NCBI GenBank assembly: GCA_001800245.1
Contig: MGVA01000018.1
Span: 12,134-76,133 of the forward strand
Length of the DNA: 64,000 nt
Origin: Elusimicrobia bacterium RIFOXYA12_FULL_51_18
GTDB lineage: Bacteria > Elusimicrobiota > Elusimicrobia > Elusimicrobiales > UBA9959
Reading direction: 5' to 3'
Of the stretch, positions 17,647-23,935 are shown in pieces. The notes under the pieces were generated by a model. It had not been told where the DNA came from, made no database searches, and was given only the letters and a program-made list of their open reading frames with translations. The translations under genes and the position numbers were made by a program. Within the stretch, counting starts at the first letter, position 1, and every line of letters starts with the position of its first letter.

Positions 17647-18678
17647 ATGATGAAGACGGCCATGATAAAGATGATGGGAAAAAAGACAAAGCCTACGCAG
17701 TATGTAGTCGGCGGCGTGGTGGCCGTCATAATTCTTGGCGCCTGGATATCCATTCCTCTGATGAGCAGCTCCTCGCTGGATTCCCCGGCTGGTTCCGGCA
17801 ATATGTTCAAAACAAAGACCGCGGACGTTAGTTCTCTGGGTAATGATATCCCGTCGGAGGGCGGCGCTCCCGGTTATTCTCTGAGCGGCGAGATGCTGTC
17901 TAATCCCGCCACCTCCGGCGAGAATATCGCCGCCTCCCTTTTTCAGTCCGGTCCGGATGAGGCCGGGTCGGATGAGTCCGGTTTGGATAGCGTGGAGGTT
18001 CCCCCTGATTCCGCTTCAGCCGACGTTGCGGCCCCTCCCTCATATGATTCCGGTTCCGACGCCTCGTACGGGGACTCGGAGTCTTCCGCCGGGGGGGGGA
18101 AACTTAGCGCCATGGCGTCTCTTTCGGGCGGCAATGCCAATTCCGTAACTACCGGCGGGAAGTATGAAAAACCTTTCGGTACCGGCTCCGATAAGGCGGA
18201 TCTGGTCCCTATTTCGGAACAGAGTTTGAAAAATAAAAACATGTCTGCGGCCGAGAAGCGCAAAGCCATGGTGGCTATGCTGCAGAATGCGGATAAGAAG
18301 AGCTCCCGTGCGGCCAGGGCGGCTAATTTCGACGCGGCAGGCAGCGGCGCCAGTTCCGCTTTTGAAAAGATCGCCGGCGGGGCCGGTAATTCGAATCTGG
18401 ACTCCGGAGTGGAGCGCGGAGCGGTCAATTCAGGGCTTGCGCTTGGCGCTGCCGCGCAGAACCTTAAAGCCAACGACCCTTCGCTTAATAAGAATGCCTC
18501 CACGATCCCAGAACCTAAGGCGGCCGCCAAAGACGACTCGGAAGAGGCCGATAAAGCCATGAAGAAAATGTTGCTGGAGATGCTTATGAGCAACGTACTT
18601 GGGCCTATGTTCAGTTCGATGGCCTCCGGTCTGTTCGGCGGTGCGCCTAAGGTGCCGGAAGTGGCCCCGACAAAGTAA
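17647..18678 (+). CDS. Cluster protein 2: N-terminal TM anchor plus S/G/A/D-rich low-complexity region
   Basis: Basic N-terminus, TM helix YVVGGVVAVIILGAWISIPLM and RBS aaggtgga upstream. I recognise no family. Confidence 0.7.
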   Translation: MMKTAMIKMMGKKTKPTQYVVGGVVAVIILGAWISIPLMSSSSLDSPAGSGNMFKTKTADVSSLGNDIPSEGGAPGYSLSGEMLSNPATSGENIAASLFQSGPDEAGSDESGLDSVEVPPDSASADVAAPPSYDSGSDASYGDSESSAGGGKLSAMASLSGGNANSVTTGGKYEKPFGTGSDKADLVPISEQSLKNKNMSAAEKRKAMVAMLQNADKKSSRAARAANFDAAGSGASSAFEKIAGGAGNSNLDSGVERGAVNSGLALGAAAQNLKANDPSLNKNASTIPEPKAAAKDDSEEADKAMKKMLLEMLMSNVLGPMFSSMASGLFGGAPKVPEVAPTK

Positions 18679-18717
18679 TTATTGCCGTTGATGTGATAAT
18701 AAATTTTTGGAGGTGTT

Positions 18718-20322
18718 ATGAGCGAATTTAAAAAAGAAGAAAAGAAAGGCGGTTTCCTGTCAGCCCTTTCAAACCTTTTTGGCGGAGGGTCCTCTGCCGC
18801 CGGCGGGGCCTCCGGTCTTGGCGGGGCCGGTTCCGGCTTTGCCGGGCTTTTTGCGACCAAAGCCGGCATTCTGGGTATGGTGCTTGGCGGCGCAACTATC
18901 GCCGCCGGGGTTGGAGTGGTCTATAATTTTATAGGGCCGGCTTCCACTCCTGTTTATAACCCCCAGCTTTTCCAGGAAACCTATTACGAGGAACAGGCCA
19001 ACAATGCGGGACTGGAGCGCGCCAGGAGTAAAGAGGAGTCGGCGGCTTCAGCTTCCTCAACGCTGGACCTCTTTCGGGAGCAGGCCCAAAAGGAAGGTAT
19101 CGGAGGTTCCGGAGAAGGCGGCGCCGCGGATGGAAATAAGAGTGCCGCGTCCGATGAGCCTGTAGCCGCCGGCGGTAATTCCCCTGCGGCCGCCGAAGGC
19201 AATTCTCCCGCATCAGGCGCCGCGTCCGATTCCGCGCCTAACGCTCCGGCGGGTGCCGCCAAGCTTCAGGCTTCCGCTGGTTTCGGCGACTTTAAAAGCG
19301 GCGGCGGGAGCAATTCAAACTCCCCCAGGCTTTCAGCCGGCGGAGGACTGTCCGGCGGTATCAATGGGCAGTTTGCACCCGTATATAGACCTCCGGTCGG
19401 TAAAAGCCAGGGCGCATCCGGCGCTATGAAAGGGTCCACGGCCACCACTATGAGAAAATCGTCTAAATATGCCGTTAAGACGAAGGGATTGGGCTCTTTA
19501 GCGCAGGCGAAGGGCGCTAATAAAACGGGTGCCAACGCGGTCAAGTCATCCATGGGTGGCGCCCGCACCCTCACTTCCGAAAACTTTGACACCGGGCAGA
19601 CCGGGGGGTCTGGTGAGCTCGGCGCAGGCAACGGCGGCGAGGGGCTGGGGGTCGGGTTGGGCGGCGCCGGTATTTCAAATGCGGATGGGCTGAAGGGCAG
19701 TAATCCTAATGTTAATGACAGTAAATTCACGCCGCCTGAAGTTGAACCGCCCCAAAATGTTTCGCCTTGGACAAAGTACACAGATATGGCCCTGTATGGG
19801 ATGATCGCGGCCACATTGCTGATCACCATTGCCGGTATGCTCACTAAAAGAGCTAAAGCTATGGCCGCCACCGGTAATGTTGGAGCCGCCGCAATGTTCA
19901 TGTATGCCAAGATCGCAGCTTACGCGGCTATGGCCGCCGCGGCAGTGGTCACATTTGCCGGCATAATGCTGATGAAGGGCGATCCAAACGGTGATCCGCC
20001 GTGGGCGGGCCAGAAGTGGACCGGAATGCTATATATGGCCGGCGGCGCCATGCTTATGTATAAAGCCTATCAGGCAATGAGCGGGGCGCATGCAGAGAAG
20101 TTAGAAGTCAAGACAGTGGAGGATGCAGTGCTAAAGGATAATCCCAATGGCTCACTTGATAAACTTTTTAATATGGATAAAATGAAACTGGAGACTCCAT
20201 ATGATAACCTGAATGATAAACCGAAGGGTAAATCGAAGGAAAAGTTCACTTTGGGTAGTGAACCTAAACCTGAGAAGGGATTCACTTTAGGCGAGAGTAA
20301 ACCGCCTGGATTTAGCTTATAA
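18718..20322 (+). CDS. Cluster protein 3: G-rich N-terminus plus TM, disordered middle, Met-rich polytopic C-terminal domain (paralog of protein 4)
   Basis: RBS GGAGG. The N-terminus reads MSEFKKEEKKGGFL...ATKAGILGMVLGG. The motif VSPW precedes three Met/Ala-rich TM helices. Confidence 0.75.
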   Translation: MSEFKKEEKKGGFLSALSNLFGGGSSAAGGASGLGGAGSGFAGLFATKAGILGMVLGGATIAAGVGVVYNFIGPASTPVYNPQLFQETYYEEQANNAGLERARSKEESAASASSTLDLFREQAQKEGIGGSGEGGAADGNKSAASDEPVAAGGNSPAAAEGNSPASGAASDSAPNAPAGAAKLQASAGFGDFKSGGGSNSNSPRLSAGGGLSGGINGQFAPVYRPPVGKSQGASGAMKGSTATTMRKSSKYAVKTKGLGSLAQAKGANKTGANAVKSSMGGARTLTSENFDTGQTGGSGELGAGNGGEGLGVGLGGAGISNADGLKGSNPNVNDSKFTPPEVEPPQNVSPWTKYTDMALYGMIAATLLITIAGMLTKRAKAMAATGNVGAAAMFMYAKIAAYAAMAAAAVVTFAGIMLMKGDPNGDPPWAGQKWTGMLYMAGGAMLMYKAYQAMSGAHAEKLEVKTVEDAVLKDNPNGSLDKLFNMDKMKLETPYDNLNDKPKGKSKEKFTLGSEPKPEKGFTLGESKPPGFSL

Positions 20323-20450
20323 ATGTTTCGTTAAAGAATCTTATGTGGAGATGTATATCATTCGATTTATCTGGTGGGCGGTAAGGTGTGGAAGCGAAAG
20401 ATTGTCTTTGGGATAGGCGCATGTTTTGAGAGTCGTGTATGGGAGGTTAT

Positions 20451-21899
20451 ATGAGTGATTTACCGGAAATAAACTTTAAAGCTAAAGATAAGAAGAAAGG
20501 TTTTCTTCCATGGCTCCGTTCCCGCCTGGGGTTTGGCGGGCGCAGCGCTATGGGTGGCGCCGGTGAAGCCGCGCCGGGAGCCGCTAACTTCGGGCGTGCC
20601 GCTTTCGGCGGCGCTAAACTCGGCGCCGCCTCTTCCGCCGGTGTAGGCGGTTTGCTGGCGAGTAAGGCCGGTATTCTGGCGGCGCTGGTCGTTTCCGCCG
20701 CCTTGGGTACGGCCCTTTACATGAAAAACCAGCCCGAGCCGGGCGTAAGTACGGCGGCTTTCAGTTCAAATAAGGTCCCGGACGAGTATGTCCCGGCTGC
20801 TCTGCGGCAGAAGCAGGATCCGGGCTCCTCGCTTGAGATGTTCAAGGAAACCAATAAAGGGGCTGTAGGCATGGAAGAGGCCGCCCCCAAGGAAGAGGCG
20901 AAGGACTCATCAACGGATCAGCCTGCCGCGGACCAGGAGAAAGCGACGGCGGAGGCCAACACTGCCGAGCCTGCGCCTGAAAATATGGCGAAAGAGATGG
21001 TAGGGAAGCTTGCCGGGGGTAATTTCGGCGGCGGACTTTCAACTACCATGGGCGGCAGCAGCAAATTCAGCGGCATGGGCGGTATCGGAAATAAGTTCAA
21101 TTCCGGCGCTATCGGGGCCAATTCCCCCGGTTTAAGCAATTTAGGCTCCGGTTTTCAGAGCAGCTCCAAATTCGACCAGAGAAAGAAACTGCTGGCCATG
21201 AGGGGTTCTTCCAGGCCGTTGTTTTCGAAAGCCAAGGGGGCCAAGGGTTCCTTCGGCAAAGGTTCTTATGCCCAGGCCAAGGGTTTAAAGGGTATGCAGA
21301 AGTTATACAGCGGGAAGGAAATTGATCCTATGGCCCATACTCAGAATCAGGCATGGACAGGTTCCACCGGCGACGGGAATGCCGCCGGCGGCGCCGGTGT
21401 GGGCGATGGTGACGGCGGGGCCGGCATAGTAACTTCGCCTTCGATGGATAATACCGCCGGCGGAGGCGGAAGCGGCGGGAATACTTCCGATCCGGTCATC
21501 ACAAATCCACCCAGCCCGACCGATGTAAGTCCCTGGAAAGGATTGCCGGAAAAGGCGATGATGTATATAATGCTGGCGGCCATGTTATCGGTTCTTGGCG
21601 CCTATCTTATAAATATGGCTAAGAATCCAACAATGACTTGGCTTGAGCCAGTTGGTAAAGCTATATGTATGGTCGCCATGGGAGTAGCCGCCATGGCCGT
21701 TATGATCGGAGTAAAAATACTTGGTATGGGCCAGTCCATGCTGGGTGCGATCTATACCATAGGCGGCGGTGTTGCCATTATGGGGGCCTTGAAAGCGATG
21801 AGAGCTGAACCGAAAGACGCGATATCTACCAAGGTGCTCTGGATGGCCGGCATTGCCGGTATATTAGCTATGCTTGGAAGCATGATGGGCGGCAAATAA
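20451..21899 (+). CDS. Cluster protein 4: paralog of protein 3
   Basis: RBS GGGAGG lies 4 nt before the ATG at 20451; the ORF is open from 20439. The N-terminus reads MSDLPEINFKAKDKKKGFL...ASKAGILAALVVS. The motif VSPW precedes four Met-rich TM helices. Confidence 0.75.
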   Translation: MSDLPEINFKAKDKKKGFLPWLRSRLGFGGRSAMGGAGEAAPGAANFGRAAFGGAKLGAASSAGVGGLLASKAGILAALVVSAALGTALYMKNQPEPGVSTAAFSSNKVPDEYVPAALRQKQDPGSSLEMFKETNKGAVGMEEAAPKEEAKDSSTDQPAADQEKATAEANTAEPAPENMAKEMVGKLAGGNFGGGLSTTMGGSSKFSGMGGIGNKFNSGAIGANSPGLSNLGSGFQSSSKFDQRKKLLAMRGSSRPLFSKAKGAKGSFGKGSYAQAKGLKGMQKLYSGKEIDPMAHTQNQAWTGSTGDGNAAGGAGVGDGDGGAGIVTSPSMDNTAGGGGSGGNTSDPVITNPPSPTDVSPWKGLPEKAMMYIMLAAMLSVLGAYLINMAKNPTMTWLEPVGKAICMVAMGVAAMAVMIGVKILGMGQSMLGAIYTIGGGVAIMGALKAMRAEPKDAISTKVLWMAGIAGILAMLGSMMGGK

Positions 21900-21906
21900 A
21901 GCGGTC

Positions 21907-22130
21907 ATCCGCCCCGCGCATGTGTTTAGCGCGGGGTGCGACAGGATTGGGATCTGACTCCTTAGTATTCGGGAGATTTCTACAGCAGGGGGTTCAGTGC
22001 GGCGACTGAGCCTTAGCGAAGGAAGCAAACGCGGAAGGGGGACGGAGTCCCCCTCCGGGAGCACCGGACCGATTACCTTAAGAGGTCCGGCGTCGTCCGC
22101 CCCGCGCATGTGTTTAGCGCGGGGTGCGAC
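21907..22130 (+). repeat. Hairpin-rich intergenic element, copy 2 (candidate structured RNA or REP-like element)
   Basis: The 36-nt module ATCCGCCCCGCGC-atgtgttta-GCGCGGGGTGCGAC occurs at 21907-21942 and 22095-22130 and brackets a ~150-nt core containing further hairpins. The element fills the whole gap between cluster genes 4 and 5. Confidence 0.8.
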
Positions 22131-22146
22131 AAAGGCGGGAGGTTGT

Positions 22147-23826
22147 ATGGGAAATAAATTTATAGAACAACACAAGCGAAAGTCCCTGCTTGCCTCGCTC
22201 CTGTTTATGTTCGCGGGCCGGGCCAAATATGTTGTCATAGTTCTGCTTGTTGCGGTTGCCTCCCTGCCTTTTGTGGTTTCAGCCGAAATGGCCGCGAGGT
22301 TTTTTGAGATGCCGCCGGTGGCGGCCGCGCTCCGGATGGTGGGCCTGGGCAGTGTAGTCTCCTCCCTCAACCCAACATATTCCCGCGAATTCGTAAAAGC
22401 GGCCATAGACAAGGCCGCGGCGGATAATAGCGCGCAAGCCTCTTACTGGAGCAGACTTATGGGGGCGGTCCTTCCGTTTGGGACAAGATCCGGCGGAGAC
22501 TCTTCGCTGGCTATGGTAAAGGGCGGAGCGGAAATATTTAAGGGAGGGGCCAGCCGTCCCGGCAAGGTGAAAAGTGCGGTCAGCGTGGAGGATCAGGCCC
22601 GCGGAGAGGGAGCCGATACGGTGGACCTGGATGGCATATTAAACAATCCGGCCGGCGCCGATGGCCGCGGACTTTACGGTGACTTAATGGGAGATAGTTT
22701 GGCGGGCAGGTATTCTTCCGGGGAGAGTGCCGGACCATATGCCGATAAAAACCTGGTCTCCCAGCCCGGAGGTTCGGTCAGCCGCGTGGAAAGTTTATAT
22801 TCCAGCTCTTTTATCAAGGCGAACGACAGAGTTCCGGTGCCCGCCAAGCCCCAGAAGCTCAAAACAAAAATGATGGGCCGCGCTTCCGGATTTTCCTGGA
22901 AAAATGTCGGATATAAGACGAGAAACGCCAAAATGGATGTCAGGCTTAACAGCAAACGACCGATGTTCCAGCTGGCTGAAACTTTCGGCATGACCAGTTC
23001 CGCTTCCCGTGACAAGAATACGGCCCCTGAGTACCAGGCCGCATATACCGGTACCACCTACGACGGCAACGCGGTGAATCTTAATGTGATCCAGACCGAC
23101 GATACCCCGCCGTCTGTTCCCGACACCGGTTTCGCCGGCGACTCGATAAACGGCGCCGCCGACATTCAGCAACGGGCGGAGGACTGCGCGAAGTCGCAGT
23201 CCGTTCAGGGCGCTAAAATGTCCAGCGACGGCGCGGAGATCGACAGGATAACTTTACAGTGGCGAACTCCGCCCAATTGTTACGATGATATCGGTCCGTG
23301 GAATGAAAGCGTGGCCCAGCGGTCAAGATTATGCCGTGATTTTAATAAAAACCAGACTATTCTTGCGGGCGCATGCCAGACCAGCAATACTCCTATGGAC
23401 TGCGGTATATATGAACGGGGTACGAATGCCAACGGCATGATCATAAGCAAATGTAAAAAGCCGAAAGGGAAAGGCAATTTGTTAGCGATGCTGATAGCTA
23501 TTGTCGTGCTTGTGATTCTTGTTCTTACTGGTATCCTCACCCCCTTGATAGCATTTATCGCGGCCATACTTGCGTATATAGCATCTTCCATGCTTGGCGG
23601 TGGCGGAGGTGGTGGAGACAGTGATTCTAAGTATCAGGACAAAACCATGACGGATGGTGATGCCGCGCATGGCGGTGATGCGGGTGGCGATGGTAAAGAT
23701 AGTGATGACAAGGACAAAGACGACGATAAAGACGATGAGGACAAAGGCGACAAGGAAAATGACAAAAACAGTGATGATAACGGCGATGAGGATAGTAACA
23801 ATAACGATAAATTCAAGAAAAAATAG
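22147..23826 (+). CDS. Cluster protein 5: N-terminal TM anchor, disordered region, 6-Cys module, two C-terminal TM helices, poly-Gly and a D/K-rich acidic tail
   Basis: RBS GGGAGG lies before the ATG at 22147. The ORF-track start at 21997 runs through the repeat element and is unlikely. The tail reads GGGGGGGDSDSKYQDK...DDKDKDDDKDDEDKGDKENDK. Confidence 0.7.
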   Translation: MGNKFIEQHKRKSLLASLLFMFAGRAKYVVIVLLVAVASLPFVVSAEMAARFFEMPPVAAALRMVGLGSVVSSLNPTYSREFVKAAIDKAAADNSAQASYWSRLMGAVLPFGTRSGGDSSLAMVKGGAEIFKGGASRPGKVKSAVSVEDQARGEGADTVDLDGILNNPAGADGRGLYGDLMGDSLAGRYSSGESAGPYADKNLVSQPGGSVSRVESLYSSSFIKANDRVPVPAKPQKLKTKMMGRASGFSWKNVGYKTRNAKMDVRLNSKRPMFQLAETFGMTSSASRDKNTAPEYQAAYTGTTYDGNAVNLNVIQTDDTPPSVPDTGFAGDSINGAADIQQRAEDCAKSQSVQGAKMSSDGAEIDRITLQWRTPPNCYDDIGPWNESVAQRSRLCRDFNKNQTILAGACQTSNTPMDCGIYERGTNANGMIISKCKKPKGKGNLLAMLIAIVVLVILVLTGILTPLIAFIAAILAYIASSMLGGGGGGGDSDSKYQDKTMTDGDAAHGGDAGGDGKDSDDKDKDDDKDDEDKGDKENDKNSDDNGDEDSNNNDKFKKK

Positions 23827-23855
23827 GTCGAAAGGCCTATGAAAGACAGGGTCTA

Positions 23856-23896
23856 TTGACACTTGGTTTGACAGGGGATATTAAGTAGAGTATATT
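23856..23896 (+). promoter_or_regulatory. Two overlapping near-consensus sigma70-type promoters upstream of cluster gene 6
   Basis: TTGACA (23856-61), a 17-nt spacer, TATTAA (23879-84). Also TTGACA (23868-73), a 17-nt spacer, TATATT (23891-96). Confidence 0.5.
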
Positions 23897-23935
23897 GTGT
23901 ATCAGGGCGTCTTTTACAGATTTTCAGGAGGTTCT

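Noticed and set aside
17943-18869. I considered long reverse-strand ORFs inside the low-complexity cluster (17943..18869, 19266..19910, 24229..24987, 16382..16822 and others).
   Set aside because: These are shadow ORFs typical of GC-rich, Gly/Ala/Ser-rich coding sequence. They have no RBS context and an even more extreme Pro/Ala/Ser composition. The plus-strand genes have RBSs, TM anchors and paralogous structure.
22005-22070. I considered an SRP/4.5S RNA. The segment GCGAAGGAAGCAAACGCGGAAGG resembles the GGAAGGAAGCAGCC region of 4.5S RNA.
   Set aside because: There are two copies per 64 kb in operon-internal positions. The surrounding helices do not match the SRP domain IV symmetric and asymmetric loops as far as I can fold them by eye. 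The similarity is probably a chance purine-rich match.
21997-22146. I considered ORFs running through the structured element. One is the N-terminal extension of the 609-aa ORF (21997..23826). The others are the reverse ORF 21864..22412 and ORF 1626..2129.
   Set aside because: They are open only because of the repeat sequence. Differences between the two copies are all non-synonymous in these frames, yet they are compensatory in the stems. A good RBS plus ATG sits at 22147, immediately after the element.
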